Source: Candidatus Tayloriibacteriota bacterium (GTDB lineage Bacteria; Patescibacteriota; Minisyncoccia; Phycocordibacterales; PALSA-1337). Taken from it: a stretch of DNA of 64,000 nt. Made by a program: the position numbers and the translations under genes. The stretch spans positions 66,657 through 130,656 of the forward strand of contig JACRJP010000003.1 in assembly GCA_016215455.1 (NCBI GenBank), read 5' to 3'. The notes under the pieces are model-generated. The model saw only the letters and a program-made list of their open reading frames with translations, searched no databases and was not told the DNA's origin. Numbering within the stretch: position 1 is the stretch's first letter; every line of letters starts with the position of its first letter. Shown piece by piece: positions 1 through 10,445 of this stretch.

Positions 1-353
1 CGCTCAGGAAAAGCTGTATACGGTATTGGAGTAAACTTATCTTGATTACGAACAAGAAGATCCTGAGGAATAAGAACGGCATCGGGACCTTTACCACGAG
101 CAAGAGCTTCTACAAATTGTGAAGTAAAATTCGCCTCTGAAAGCTCAACATAAGTTACTGATAGAGGATTCTGGCGACTAATATTTATATCTCTCACCAA
201 TTGATTAAAGGTAGTTTCAGATACCGTACCCCATATCGTAATTGCAGGAATTTGATTCTTTACACTATCACCTTTAAATGTTGCAAAAGCTGCAACTCCA
301 GCAATTATGAAGACAATAAAGATTGAAGTGAGAATAAGTTGAAAGCGTGTCAT
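1..353 (-). CDS. Hypothetical membrane-anchored protein, N-terminal part (gene runs off the window edge)
   Basis: Minus-strand ATG at 351-353 (its first base overlaps the TGA stop of the upstream methyltransferase). The frame stays open to position 1. Hand translation [26 protein letters not shown]... shows an N-terminal TM helix. It is absent from the ORF track because it has no stop in the window. Confidence 0.35.
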   Translation of the reverse strand, partial: MTRFQLILTSIFIVFIIAGVAAFATFKGDSVKNQIPAITIWGTVSETTFNQLVRDINISRQNPLSVTYVELSEANFTSQFVEALARGKGPDAVLIPQDLLVRNQDKFTPIPYTAFPE

Positions 354-895
354 TGTTTTTTAAATATAAGCCCGTAGTGATGATCCCCTGCTGCAAAACC
401 ACTCTCACGAACAAATCCATGTTTTTCAAAAAGCGCTTCAGCGGCCATTTCAGGAAAGAGAGCCTTTGGACCAATACTACTATGACTTCCCCAGTCAATA
501 ATAAGGACCCTACCATTTGGCTTGAGTATTCTTTTTATCTCAAGACAAAGATTATCTTTATGTTCCACTTGGAAAAGCACATTTGAAACGATCACCCGAT
601 CAACGATAGCGTCATGGAGTTGTGTGCCTCCTATTTTTTCAATATCTCCCCAAACAATCTGCACATTACTCAAATGTGCAGCAGAAGCTCCTCGAGAAAG
701 TTTTTCGAGGAGCTCACGCTGTACTTCAATTGCATACACACGACCACGAGCACCAACTTTGCGAGCCGCTGCAAATGTATAGAAACCTGAACCGGCGCCA
801 AAATCAGCGACGTGCATTCCATCTTCGAGTGAAAGGTGTGCAATGTTTTGCTCAGGGTCAGAGAACATGCAACTATTATACCCCACTATAGACAA
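350..895 (-). CDS. Class I SAM-dependent methyltransferase (UbiE/COQ5-like fold)
   Basis: 181-aa ORF with glycine-rich SAM motif VADFGAGSG, followed by acidic-loop and LKPNGRVLI motifs typical of Rossmann-fold methyltransferases. Confidence 0.7.
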   Translation of the reverse strand: MSIVGYNSCMFSDPEQNIAHLSLEDGMHVADFGAGSGFYTFAAARKVGARGRVYAIEVQRELLEKLSRGASAAHLSNVQIVWGDIEKIGGTQLHDAIVDRVIVSNVLFQVEHKDNLCLEIKRILKPNGRVLIIDWGSHSSIGPKALFPEMAAEALFEKHGFVRESGFAAGDHHYGLIFKKQ

Positions 896-3405
896 ATCAG
901 AGAAGCGATGGAATCCCCATCTCGGAGTTTCATGATACGAACACCTTGTGTCTGACGACCAAGTTCTGGAATTTCTTTACTATCAACACGGATAACCTGA
1001 CTCTTCTTTGACATAGCAACAATCTCTTCTTGAGTATCAGTGATTACCTTTGCTGCAATGAGATTACCTGTTTTATCAGTAACTTTTGCAGTAAGGATAC
1101 CTGTACCACCTCGATTTTGAGTTTTATATTCTTCGAGAAGTGTCTTCTTTCCATATCCATTAGCACTCATGACGAAGAGCGCTGGGTTTTTGAATTCTTT
1201 ATTCACTACATCGGCACTAATAACAGAATCCCCCTTACTGAGTTTAATAACACGGACTCCGGCAGCACCACGACCCATTTCACGAACATCAGACTCTTTA
1301 AATCGAATCGATTGACCTTCTGTTGTTGCAATGAGAACTTCGTCTCCCTTAGCAACAAATGATGTCGACATGAGTTCATCACCATCATCGAGAGTGATCG
1401 CAATAAGACCTGAACGTCGTACATCATGGAAACTCTTTGCAGCAACCTTCTTTCCAGTACCACCCTTTGTAACCATCATGATAGAGACGTCTTTTTGCTT
1501 AGTAGCCTTTGGCATCGGAAGGATTGATGTTACTTTTTCTCCCTCAGCAAGAGAAATGAAGTTTACGATCGCCTTTCCACGTGTTGCACGCTTACCTTCT
1601 GGGATATCGTACATCTTGATCTGGTATGCCTTACCTTTATCACTAAAGAATAAGAGATCACTGTGTGTTGTGGTTGTAATTAGGTGAGTGATGAAGTCTT
1701 CTTCCTTTGTATCGAGATCGACAACTCCTACACCACCACGCTTCTGCTTCTTATATTCATCAGGGTTGGTACGCTTGATATAGCCTCCTTTTGTGAGAAC
1801 AAGTACTGTTTCTTCATCCGCGATGAGATCTTCTTCTGAGAAGTCCTTGAGACCGTGTTTAATGAGCTTCGTACGTCGTTCATCACCGTAACGAGCCTTA
1901 ATATCAACGAGTTCTGTTTTAATAATTGAAACAACACGCTTATGACTCGCCAAAATATCTTTGAGATCAGCAATGAGATCTTGAGTTTCCTTGAGTTCAG
2001 TTTCAATTCTCTTTCGTTCCAAACCAGCAAGCTTCTGCAAACGCATTTCAAGAATAGCTGTCGCCTGGAGTTCAGAGAATTTAAACTGCTTCATCAAGTT
2101 ACGATGAGCTTCTGGTGCATCCTTCGAACCTCGAATCAATGTAATAATCTTATCGATATAATCGAGAGCTTTCTTCAAACCAAGAAGGATATGTTCACGA
2201 GCAAGAGCCTTGTCGAGATCAAATTTTGTACGACGACGAATAACATCAATACGGTGAGCAATGAATTCTTCAAGAATCGATTTAAGACCAAGTGTTAAAG
2301 GTACACCGTTAACAAGAGCAACGATGTTCACATGGAATGTGTCCTCGAGTTGTGTGTGCTTATAGATATAGTTAAGAACCTTCTCTGCATGAGCACCCTG
2401 CTTAAGGTCAATCACTACACGAATCTCTTTGTCAGACTCGTCACGCATCGCTTTGATACCTTCAATTTGTTTATCACGTACGAGATCAGCAATACGAATC
2501 ATGAGTTCGGCCTTGTTGACGCGGTATGGAATAGAAGTAATGACAATCTGGTAAGTACCCTTTTTGTCTTCAACAATTTCAGCTTCTCCACGTACCACAA
2601 TACCTCCACGACCCGTCGCATATATATGATGGATATCCTTCTCTCCATACATAACTGCTCCTGTTGGAAAGTCTGGACCCTTGATGTACTGAAGAAGATC
2701 ATCTGTCGTCGCATCTTTGTCTTCGAGAAGATGCACCGTCGCATCAACAACTTCCCCGAGATTGTGTGGAGGAATGTTTGTTGCCATACCCACAGCAATA
2801 CCCAATGTACCGTTCAAAAGGAGGTTAGGAACAGCTGTTGGAAGTACTGTTGGCTCTTTACGAGTACCTTCATAGTTTGGTCGAAAATCAACAGTTTCCT
2901 TTTCAATATCACGGAGCATTTCTTGAGCAATTCGTGACATCTTTGCTTCGGTATATCGATCGGCAGCAGCGTTGTCTCCGTCAATTGAACCAAAGTTTCC
3001 TTGGCCAATCACAAGTGGATATCTCATACGGAAATCTTGCGCCATGTTCACCATGGATTCATACACAGCAACAGTGCCGTGAGGGTGATAGTTACCGGTC
3101 ACGTCTCCAACAATCTTTGCAGACTTACGCGTCTTAGCTCCAGCAGTGAGACCGAGCTCTTGCATTGTATAGAGAATACGGCGATGTACTGGCTTCAATC
3201 CATCTCGTACATCAGGAAGTGCACGTGCAGTAATAACCGACATGGCATAGTCGAGATATGACTCACGCATTTCAGTTGTAATACTTCGAGAAATAATTCC
3301 TCGTTCAGGAACAATCTCAGCAGGCACATTTGATCGTTGTGCTTTGTTGTTTTCGTTATTCTCTGGAGTCTTGCCCGATTTCTTGTCTGAATTTTCTTTT
3401 GCCAT
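886..3405 (-). CDS. gyrA: DNA gyrase subunit A
   Basis: 839-aa ORF with the GyrA N-terminal signature ([20 protein letters not shown], active-site Tyr region) and a C-terminal beta-pinwheel repeat region. Confidence 0.95.
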   Translation of the reverse strand: MAKENSDKKSGKTPENNENNKAQRSNVPAEIVPERGIISRSITTEMRESYLDYAMSVITARALPDVRDGLKPVHRRILYTMQELGLTAGAKTRKSAKIVGDVTGNYHPHGTVAVYESMVNMAQDFRMRYPLVIGQGNFGSIDGDNAAADRYTEAKMSRIAQEMLRDIEKETVDFRPNYEGTRKEPTVLPTAVPNLLLNGTLGIAVGMATNIPPHNLGEVVDATVHLLEDKDATTDDLLQYIKGPDFPTGAVMYGEKDIHHIYATGRGGIVVRGEAEIVEDKKGTYQIVITSIPYRVNKAELMIRIADLVRDKQIEGIKAMRDESDKEIRVVIDLKQGAHAEKVLNYIYKHTQLEDTFHVNIVALVNGVPLTLGLKSILEEFIAHRIDVIRRRTKFDLDKALAREHILLGLKKALDYIDKIITLIRGSKDAPEAHRNLMKQFKFSELQATAILEMRLQKLAGLERKRIETELKETQDLIADLKDILASHKRVVSIIKTELVDIKARYGDERRTKLIKHGLKDFSEEDLIADEETVLVLTKGGYIKRTNPDEYKKQKRGGVGVVDLDTKEEDFITHLITTTTHSDLLFFSDKGKAYQIKMYDIPEGKRATRGKAIVNFISLAEGEKVTSILPMPKATKQKDVSIMMVTKGGTGKKVAAKSFHDVRRSGLIAITLDDGDELMSTSFVAKGDEVLIATTEGQSIRFKESDVREMGRGAAGVRVIKLSKGDSVISADVVNKEFKNPALFVMSANGYGKKTLLEEYKTQNRGGTGILTAKVTDKTGNLIAAKVITDTQEEIVAMSKKSQVIRVDSKEIPELGRQTQGVRIMKLRDGDSIASLICL

Positions 3406-3439
3406 GTTGAGATTCTAAATACTGTGATTGATGTTGATA

Positions 3440-3763
3440 TTATTGTTTCGTCGCTCCTCCTTCCGACACCACTTCGACAACATCAGGTGGTGCAGTATAC
3501 GTATGATTATTACTGAAAACCCTAAATATATTTTTAGGAAGTGAAGCTATAGAATCCCAAGCCCCGACAACTGACGCAGTAAGGGGTCCTGTACTCGTTG
3601 CTGAAGCATTTTGTACCACAACAGGCTTTTCACTTGAAAAAACAGTCCCTGACGACAACCAGAACATAAATACAAAGAATGTAATAATAGCAGAAGCTCC
3701 AAAAGCTACTTGCTTTCGAACATGTTGAGGTTGGGCACGGAGTGTATCAAGATGGCGTCGCAT
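3440..3763 (-). CDS. Hypothetical small membrane protein
   Basis: 107-aa ORF with one predicted TM helix (ITFFVFMFWLSSG). No recognisable domain. Confidence 0.35.
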   Translation of the reverse strand: MRRHLDTLRAQPQHVRKQVAFGASAIITFFVFMFWLSSGTVFSSEKPVVVQNASATSTGPLTASVVGAWDSIASLPKNIFRVFSNNHTYTAPPDVVEVVSEGGATKQ

Positions 3764-3775
3764 AGATATATAGTA

Positions 3776-4420
3776 CTACTCTTTCGCAGACTCGAGAACT
3801 ACCACATCAGCTTCTTTACCTTCCAAATCCTTCTTCTTAAGAGTGAGCTTTGCCTGAGGTTCAGGATTCTCACCCGCTTCCTTAAGAAAGACTTTGAGAG
3901 CATCTTTTATTCCAATATCTCCATAGTGCATTGGGATAATAATCTTTGGTTCAAGGGAAACTGCAAGCTTGTATGCCTTTGCTGGCTCAAGAACACCTTC
4001 ACCACCAATTGGTACAAATAGAATATCAATATCATCAAGAGCTTCGATGGTCTCCGCTTTGAGCTCATTAGCATTATGAGCACCCAAGAAACAAAGATTC
4101 ATATTTTCGAGCGATACAGTATATATAGCGTTCACTAATTCTTTACCACCAAAACCATACGCTGTTGTTGAAGGAAGACCTTTGATAAAAACTCCCCCCA
4201 CTTCGTACTCACCAGGACCAGCAACAACAAAAGGCTGCTTATCACCGTGTGCAACTTGGTCTGAACCATTAAAATCAGGATGATTCGCTGAAATGAGAGC
4301 AATATCAGCGCCAAACCGAGAAGGTTTTAAATCTGAATCCTTAGAAATAGGATTAAACGCAAGCGTCACATCACCGAATTGCACCTTGAAAAATTCCCCT
4401 CCGAGATATGTGATAATCAT
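3776..4420 (-). CDS. Metallo-beta-lactamase-fold metal-dependent hydrolase
   Basis: Start refined to MIITYLGG (ATG at 4418-4420). Resembles UPF0173/MBL-fold hydrolases (HxDH-like region NHPDFNG..., C-terminal IIPMHYG). Confidence 0.6.
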   Translation of the reverse strand: MIITYLGGEFFKVQFGDVTLAFNPISKDSDLKPSRFGADIALISANHPDFNGSDQVAHGDKQPFVVAGPGEYEVGGVFIKGLPSTTAYGFGGKELVNAIYTVSLENMNLCFLGAHNANELKAETIEALDDIDILFVPIGGEGVLEPAKAYKLAVSLEPKIIIPMHYGDIGIKDALKVFLKEAGENPEPQAKLTLKKKDLEGKEADVVVLESAKE

Positions 4421-4466
4421 GGCCGTATTATACCAAAAAGGCACTTGATATGCTACTGTACAAGAC

Positions 4467-5180
4467 ATGAATAATCATGCTGCGTGGGAACGAGAATATC
4501 GAAATCCTAAGCTCGTTACCCTCCACAACGAGCCTCAATCTTCTGTTAAAGAATTCTTTCGTTGGCTTCGTAAAAAGGAGAATGTTGAGCTCACCGGACT
4601 CCACACTCTCGACTTGGGATGTGGTACGGGACGAAATACTCTTCACCTCGCATCCGAAGGTGTTGCTCAGGCAGTTGGCATCGATATATCGAAGACTGCA
4701 ATAGAGTATGCACAGAAAGCGGCCGCAACAGAGAATCTAACATCAGTAACAAAATTTATTGTCGGATCAATTGGCGAACAACTTCCCTTTACCGATCAGT
4801 CATTTGATCTCATTCTTGATGTTACAGCATCAAATGCACTATCTGAAAAAGAACGTTTAACCTACGTATCAGAAATGCATCGTCTCCTCAAACCAAATGG
4901 TCACATATTTGTCCGTGCACTGTGCAAGGATGGCGACACCAATGCAAAAGAATTGATTAAGGCTTCACCTGGACCCGAAACTGATACATATATAATGCCT
5001 GATACAGGCTTTATCGAGCGCGTTTTCTCAAAAACAGACTTCGAAGCACTCTATGGTCAATATTTTACCGTTGCATATATTGATAAAGAGACTCACTATA
5101 CTCTTTTTAATGGTCGCCGTTACAAGAGAAACTTCTGGATTGCTTACCTTAAGCCCCTGCAAAATAACTCGACAAAATAA
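4467..5180 (+). CDS. Class I SAM-dependent methyltransferase
   Basis: 237 aa. SAM-binding motif LDLGCGTGRNT, motif II DLILD, and LKPNGHIFV. Confidence 0.7.
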   Translation: MNNHAAWEREYRNPKLVTLHNEPQSSVKEFFRWLRKKENVELTGLHTLDLGCGTGRNTLHLASEGVAQAVGIDISKTAIEYAQKAAATENLTSVTKFIVGSIGEQLPFTDQSFDLILDVTASNALSEKERLTYVSEMHRLLKPNGHIFVRALCKDGDTNAKELIKASPGPETDTYIMPDTGFIERVFSKTDFEALYGQYFTVAYIDKETHYTLFNGRRYKRNFWIAYLKPLQNNSTK

Positions 5181-5288
5181 GGGTTTTTCTGTATAGTGTT
5201 GTACGTGCTCATTACAACTGTATACGTAACCCCGCACCTTATTGTGCCCCATTATTATCATAAACGCGGACCGTATACCGAATAACAA

Positions 5289-6509
5289 ATGTTAAAGAAA
5301 TTAAAAGAAAAGCTCCTCGGTGTTGAGGAGACTGCAGAGACAAAGACAGAAGAAAAGAAGGTTTCGACAAAGGCAGCAAAAGCACCAAAACCAGCTCCAG
5401 AACTCTCTCCAGAAGAGGCTGAAAAAGCTATTGCAAAGAAGAATTCGTTCATGGCTAAGATCCTTGAACAGACAGGTAATCCACCAGCAATAAGTGATAT
5501 TGTTGAAGGTCCTGTTATCAATATCGAAAAGGCTGCGGTCTACATCGACCTCGCACCGTACGGTACTGGTATCATCTTCGGTCGTGAATACATCACTGCT
5601 CGAGATATCATCAAGAAACTCAATATTGGCGACAGTATTGCTGCTAAGGTTGTTGATACAGAGAACAAAGAAGGTTACATCGAACTCTCTCTCAAGGAAG
5701 CTCGACAAGCTCTCATTTGGAGTGAAGCAGAAGAAGCTATCAATAAGAAGACTATTCTTGAACTCCCTATTCTCGAAGCAAACAAGGGTGGTCTCATCAT
5801 TGCATGGCAAGGTATCTCAGGATTCCTTCCTGCTTCACAGTTGAAGACTGAACACTATCCACGTGTTTCAGACGGTGATAAAGACAAGATTCTCGAAGAA
5901 CTCAAGAAACTTGTTGGTACACGAATTGCAGTTTCAATCATTGCAGCAAACCCTAAGGAAGGTAAGCTCATCTTCTCTGAAAAGAGTCCTGAAACTAAGG
6001 ATAAAGAAAAGATCATCGGAAAGTACAAGGTTGGTGACGAAGTATCTGGTGCAGTTACTGGTATCGTTGACTTCGGAGTATTCGTTAAGATCGAAGACGG
6101 TCTCGAAGGTCTCGTCCACATCTCAGAAATTGATTGGTCACTCGTTGAGGACCCTCGACTTCTCTTCAAGGTTGGCGATAAGGTAAAGGTTAAGATTATC
6201 GAAATCAAGGAAGGTAAGGTTTCTCTTTCTATCAAGGCTCTCAAGGAAAATCCTTGGAATGAAGCTGCGAAGAAATACAAGAAGGATAAGGTTGTTGAGG
6301 GTGTTATCATCAAATTCAACAAGCATGGTGCTCTTGCATCAGTTGAAGAAGGTATTGCAGGACTTGTTCACATTTCTGAATTCGGTTCAGATGAGAAGCT
6401 CCGTGCAAAGCTCGAACTTGGTAAGAGTTACCAGTTCAAGATCACTCTCTTTGATCCAAAGGAACAGAAAATGGCTCTCTCTTTCGTAGATAAGGAGAAG
6501 AAGGCGTAA
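5289..6509 (+). CDS. rpsA: 30S ribosomal protein S1 (short form with four S1 domains)
   Basis: 406 aa with repeated S1 RNA-binding domain pattern (G.V.G.V..I..FG.FV.I. repeated). Lys/Glu-rich N-terminus. Confidence 0.8.
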   Translation: MLKKLKEKLLGVEETAETKTEEKKVSTKAAKAPKPAPELSPEEAEKAIAKKNSFMAKILEQTGNPPAISDIVEGPVINIEKAAVYIDLAPYGTGIIFGREYITARDIIKKLNIGDSIAAKVVDTENKEGYIELSLKEARQALIWSEAEEAINKKTILELPILEANKGGLIIAWQGISGFLPASQLKTEHYPRVSDGDKDKILEELKKLVGTRIAVSIIAANPKEGKLIFSEKSPETKDKEKIIGKYKVGDEVSGAVTGIVDFGVFVKIEDGLEGLVHISEIDWSLVEDPRLLFKVGDKVKVKIIEIKEGKVSLSIKALKENPWNEAAKKYKKDKVVEGVIIKFNKHGALASVEEGIAGLVHISEFGSDEKLRAKLELGKSYQFKITLFDPKEQKMALSFVDKEKKA

Positions 6510-6540
6510 TCTGACAGAAAGAACTAGAAATAGTTTAAAC

Positions 6541-6567
6541 AAAAAGCGACACATGTGTCGCTTTTTG
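6541..6567. terminator. Bidirectional rho-independent terminator hairpin
   Basis: aaaaaGCGACACAtgTGTGTCGCttttt: 8-bp GC stem flanked by A-run and T-run, between convergent rpsA (+) and the coiled-coil gene (-). Confidence 0.6.
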
Positions 6568-6590
6568 TTATGAGCCTTGTATGAGGTTTA

Positions 6591-6917
6591 TTAAGCAATT
6601 TTTTCTTCAAGTTTATCTACTCGTTTTGAAAGAGTTTTGTGATCAACGTACGACACCTTTGTTTCCATCAAATACTCAAGTTTTTTGTCGACGGTATTAA
6701 AACGTCGGTCCATTCGGACTTCCAATTCATCAAATCTTTTATCAATTTGATTGAACTTCTCGTCTATTTCATCAAACTTTTTGTGGACGATCTTAAATTC
6801 ATCACGTACTTCTTTGAAGCCTGCACCAACTATCAATGCAAAGTCATCTATTTCCTCTTTAACAACTCCTTTGATCAACTGAATATCTGCACTATTTAAT
6901 GTTGGTTGTGGATTCAT
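6591..6917 (-). CDS. Hypothetical coiled-coil protein, paralog A (second copy at 25070-25411)
   Basis: Start refined to MNPQPTLNSADIQLIKG (ATG at 6915-6917). Heptad-rich, charged, ~108 aa. N- and C-terminal motifs are shared with the ORF at 25070-25411. Confidence 0.5.
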   Translation of the reverse strand: MNPQPTLNSADIQLIKGVVKEEIDDFALIVGAGFKEVRDEFKIVHKKFDEIDEKFNQIDKRFDELEVRMDRRFNTVDKKLEYLMETKVSYVDHKTLSKRVDKLEEKIA

Positions 6918-7044
6918 ACTTTTTCTTTGCTTACCATTCTCATAATTCTTCAATGTCCCAAGTGTAACTAAACTTAAAAAATATTGCAGCAAAATTATGA
7001 AGTTTTGATAAAGTTTTTATGGAAAAATCACCTCTGCAACATAC

Positions 7045-7794
7045 CTAGAGAGGTTTGCCAAGAAATACTTTTTCGAGAATACCGTCAGCTATGATCTTTT
7101 TGGGATCGCCTTGAGCCACCACCTTCCCTTTATCAAGAACATACGCACGATGAGTGATCTCGAGAAGTGATGTGAGATTATGTTCCACCACTACAATAGC
7201 GGTTTTTCGACGTTCGTTAATCTCTTTAATTTTTGCAAACACTTCCTTTACAATCTTAGGGGCGAGACCAAGAGATGGTTCATCAAGAAGTAGGATTTTT
7301 GGATCGGTCATGAGACCTCGAGCAATAGCAAGCATTTGTTGCTGACCTCCTGAGAGAGTACCTGATTTTGCTTTGAGTTTACCGCGAAGCGCTGGGAAAA
7401 GTTCAAGAACATTTTCAATACGCTCTTTGCGTTCTCCTGCTGAGATTGCCCAACCACCGATCTCAAGATTTTCTGCAACGGTAAGATGTCGAAATACACG
7501 ACGACCTTGAGGAACAAAAGAGATACCTCGATGCACCACTTCGTGAGAAACGGGAGTAAATGACTGTCCTTCCCATACCACCTTTCCTAATTCGATGGGA
7601 GCGAGACCGAATATTGCCTTGAGAATCGTTGATTTACCCGCTCCGTTTGGACCCATGAGTGCAACCACCTCCCCCTCATCAACAGCGACTGTAGCGCCAT
7701 TAAGCGCCTTTACACCACCATAGTGAACATGGATGTCATTAAGTTGAAGGAGAAGTTCTTTGGGTATAGTTGTCATGACGAGACCATTATACAC
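7045..7794 (-). CDS. livF: Branched-chain amino acid ABC transporter ATP-binding protein LivF-like
   Basis: Walker A GPNGAGKST, ABC signature LSGGQQQMLAIARGLM, Walker B LLLDEPSLGLAP. 249 aa, LivF-sized. Confidence 0.85.
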   Translation of the reverse strand: MYNGLVMTTIPKELLLQLNDIHVHYGGVKALNGATVAVDEGEVVALMGPNGAGKSTILKAIFGLAPIELGKVVWEGQSFTPVSHEVVHRGISFVPQGRRVFRHLTVAENLEIGGWAISAGERKERIENVLELFPALRGKLKAKSGTLSGGQQQMLAIARGLMTDPKILLLDEPSLGLAPKIVKEVFAKIKEINERRKTAIVVVEHNLTSLLEITHRAYVLDKGKVVAQGDPKKIIADGILEKVFLGKPL

Positions 7795-7838
7795 CTTTCT
7801 TACCTTAGATTAAATAAAAATCCTACTTACGTGACGAG

Positions 7839-8132
7839 CTATGCACGGCGCAAAGCAAGGAACACGAGCAGAACAAATCCCGCAAGAGTAGATCCCAAAC
7901 AAACCAAAGCCTTTTGCAGACCCCAATCTTGCCAAACGTAATACCCCAAGGTCGTCCAGAATCCAATGAGTCCGGCCAGGATGTGGCCAAGAAGAAGGAT
8001 CCACGGACCGACCATGAACACCCCAGCGAGGGTGGTGGTCACGAGAATACCGAGAGCCAACTGGGCCGTCGATTTCTGTGTGGGTTGTGAAGCGACAAAT
8101 GCCACTGAAGATGAAGATAGAGTAGCATGCAC
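7839..8132 (-). CDS. Small hydrophobic membrane protein (GC-elevated ORF inside the liv operon)
   Basis: 97-aa ORF with ~3 TM helices. Local GC (~53%) is well above the neighbours. The alternative 116-aa overlapping frame looks like junk. Confidence 0.4.
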   Translation of the reverse strand: MHATLSSSSVAFVASQPTQKSTAQLALGILVTTTLAGVFMVGPWILLLGHILAGLIGFWTTLGYYVWQDWGLQKALVCLGSTLAGFVLLVFLALRRA

Positions 8133-8224
8133 GGGATGTGTGGTTGGAAATGAATACCATTAAACTGCTTCTGTTGCAATTTATACCACCATACTAATAA
8201 TCCGTCAAATACACATTATGTGTA

Positions 8225-9229
8225 TTACTTCACTACAACAGGACTACCTCTTTCTATCTTCTTGAGTACTAATTCGCGCACTTTTGCACCCGTAGTATCA
8301 AAACCATCTTTGTTAATGTATTCTTTTACACAAACATACGTATCTCCACAACTTTTGAATGCCTTCGATAGGAGCTCTGCAGACTGAAGTGAGAGTCCTG
8401 CAACAGCACCTTGACCATCAGCAATATTTCCAGGGAAAGAATAGTACACACCTTCGACAAGTTCACGTACAGCTGGTAACTCAACCGCATACTGAGAAAA
8501 GATCGGGGCTTTAATACCAAGTTGTGTAAGTCGAGCTACACCCTGACCAAAGAAGAATGCAATGTCAGTTGAAAATATAGCATCGTAGTCCCCTTTTCGA
8601 ATCTTAACCAATTCTGAGGAAACATCAGTTGTATTATCTGGATAGCTAATTTCATGAACAATTGTACCCTTATAGTTTGCTTTAAAACTATCATAATGAG
8701 TCTTTGAAAAAGCATTTTGATAACTAATGAGTACTACTTTTTTATATCCTCGTGCATACATTTGCTCAGCAATAAACTTTGATTCATCTTCAAGGGCGTA
8801 CTGCATGTTATAGAAGTTTCCTCCACTCGTCTCATAGAGTGTTCGTGATGCAGCAGAAGGTACCACTACAATATTCTTTGAATTCTTGAGAAGTGGAACG
8901 ATTGCTTCCTGAGGTGAGCCACAAGCTGGACCAATCACATAGTGCACCTTATCAACTTCGGTAAGTTTTTTAAATGCTGACACGGCCTCTTTTGGTTCAC
9001 ACTTATCATCTTCAAAAATAAATTCGATATTCGGATCTTGTACTGCAAGTACACCCTTCTTCACTTCCTCACCATAGTCAGCAAGAAAACCCGAGAGAGG
9101 TGCAATGACTCCTATTTTTATTTTACCTTGTGTTGTTTGATTCGTGTTATACACCGAAAAACCCAAAACAATCAAAATAATAACAGTAAGAACAATCCGC
9201 TTTTTTGATTTGTTTTTTTGCAGTTCCAT
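8225..9229 (-). CDS. Leu/Ile/Val-binding protein family substrate-binding protein, membrane-anchored (SBP1)
   Basis: N-terminal TM anchor then the type-I periplasmic binding fold. LivK-like motif IKIGVIAPLSGFLADYGEEVKKG. Confidence 0.8.
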   Translation of the reverse strand: MELQKNKSKKRIVLTVIILIVLGFSVYNTNQTTQGKIKIGVIAPLSGFLADYGEEVKKGVLAVQDPNIEFIFEDDKCEPKEAVSAFKKLTEVDKVHYVIGPACGSPQEAIVPLLKNSKNIVVVPSAASRTLYETSGGNFYNMQYALEDESKFIAEQMYARGYKKVVLISYQNAFSKTHYDSFKANYKGTIVHEISYPDNTTDVSSELVKIRKGDYDAIFSTDIAFFFGQGVARLTQLGIKAPIFSQYAVELPAVRELVEGVYYSFPGNIADGQGAVAGLSLQSAELLSKAFKSCGDTYVCVKEYINKDGFDTTGAKVRELVLKKIERGSPVVVK

Positions 9230-9234
9230 ACCTT

Positions 9235-10371
9235 TTATTCAACATCAACAACCTTGCCACCAGAAACCTTTTTCATGACAAACTCTCGTTCAGTATCTCC
9301 ATTTTTATCGATACTAATGACTCCACTAATACCCTGATAATCTTTAACCTTATACAACTCAGACTTGATACACTCAACATCATCACCTCCACATTTTTCC
9401 ATAGCATCAAACAAAACATTGTATCCGTCATACGCAAGAGCAACATAGAGATCTTGAGATGGTGCTGCCGAGTATGTTTTTACATACTCATCAATAAGTG
9501 TTTTTAGAGCCGGTGCCTCAGTATCATACTTGTATGTCGAAGTAAGAACTCCTTCAGCATCAGGATTTGCCAAAATTTCTCGTTGAATGAAATACTCATT
9601 ACCCATGATTGGAGTTTTTACCTGAAGAGCAACTTTTTGCTTTAGGGCTGCTTGAGATGTTGCGACAGAGTTTGTAATAAACAATATTACATCAGGCTTA
9701 GCTTGAGTAAGTTTTAAAATCTGGCTTCGGAGATCTGTTTCATTAGGTGCAAAACCTTCGGTCGCCACTACTGTATATCCAGGTGTACTTGGAAATTTTT
9801 GAACAAAAGCATCCTTAATACCTGTTGGATACTCTGCTGATTCATAGAGAATAGCAGCCTTTTTATAGCCTAGTTTAACAGCTGTCTTTATCATCGCATC
9901 AGCAGTTACCACACCGGATGCTGAGGTACGAAATACATAGTCACCCGCTGTAGTAAGTTTTGGAGTAGTTGAAACAGGGGTAAATAGAATTGCCTTAGCT
10001 TTTTCAGCAAGTGGAGCAGCTGAAAGTGTTGATCCACTACACACACCAGAGATAAGTACTTTTACTTTATCAACATTTAAAAGCTTTGTTGCTGCAGCAA
10101 CTGCTTTTTTAGGATCACAACTATCATCTTCATAAATTACTTCAACTTTTTTACCATTAATTGTGTGATTCTTTGCGTATGCAAGTTTAAATCCATTACC
10201 AATATCAGCACCAGTTGATGCGGCGACAGGACCACTGAAAGGACCAAAATATCCTATTTTAATCGTGTCAGATGAAGACTTATTTGAAAAATAAGTTACA
10301 AAAATCACAACGAGAATCACCACAATAACCCCCCAGAAAACACCCTTCTTGTTTGTTTGTTGCTCAGGCAT
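9235..10371 (-). CDS. LivK/LivJ-family substrate-binding protein, membrane-anchored (SBP2)
   Basis: TM anchor, IKIGYFGPFSGPVAASTG..., conserved D...C...K and DKVKVLIG motifs of the branched-chain amino acid binding family. Confidence 0.8.
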   Translation of the reverse strand: MPEQQTNKKGVFWGVIVVILVVIFVTYFSNKSSSDTIKIGYFGPFSGPVAASTGADIGNGFKLAYAKNHTINGKKVEVIYEDDSCDPKKAVAAATKLLNVDKVKVLISGVCSGSTLSAAPLAEKAKAILFTPVSTTPKLTTAGDYVFRTSASGVVTADAMIKTAVKLGYKKAAILYESAEYPTGIKDAFVQKFPSTPGYTVVATEGFAPNETDLRSQILKLTQAKPDVILFITNSVATSQAALKQKVALQVKTPIMGNEYFIQREILANPDAEGVLTSTYKYDTEAPALKTLIDEYVKTYSAAPSQDLYVALAYDGYNVLFDAMEKCGGDDVECIKSELYKVKDYQGISGVISIDKNGDTEREFVMKKVSGGKVVDVE

Positions 10372-10445
10372 GGTATTTTAATAGTAAATAACCGCTTAAT
10401 TATACACCTGCTACAGAAAGTGCAATAGAATGTCGAGAGCTGTAA

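Noticed and set aside
1030-3261. Multiple 60-200-aa ORFs on the plus strand inside gyrA (e.g. 1030-1362, 1942-2298, 2332-2937)
   Set aside because: They are antisense to a highly conserved, confidently identified gene, and their translations are low-complexity or junk.
5301-6326. Minus-strand ORFs antisense to rpsA (5301-5810, 5855-6322)
   Set aside because: They overlap a conserved ribosomal protein gene. Ser/Leu-rich antisense artefacts.
7810-8160. 116-aa ORF in an alternative frame of the GC-rich patch
   Set aside because: The Arg/Cys/His-rich translation looks like an out-of-frame artefact. The 97-aa hydrophobic frame (7839-8132) is more protein-like.
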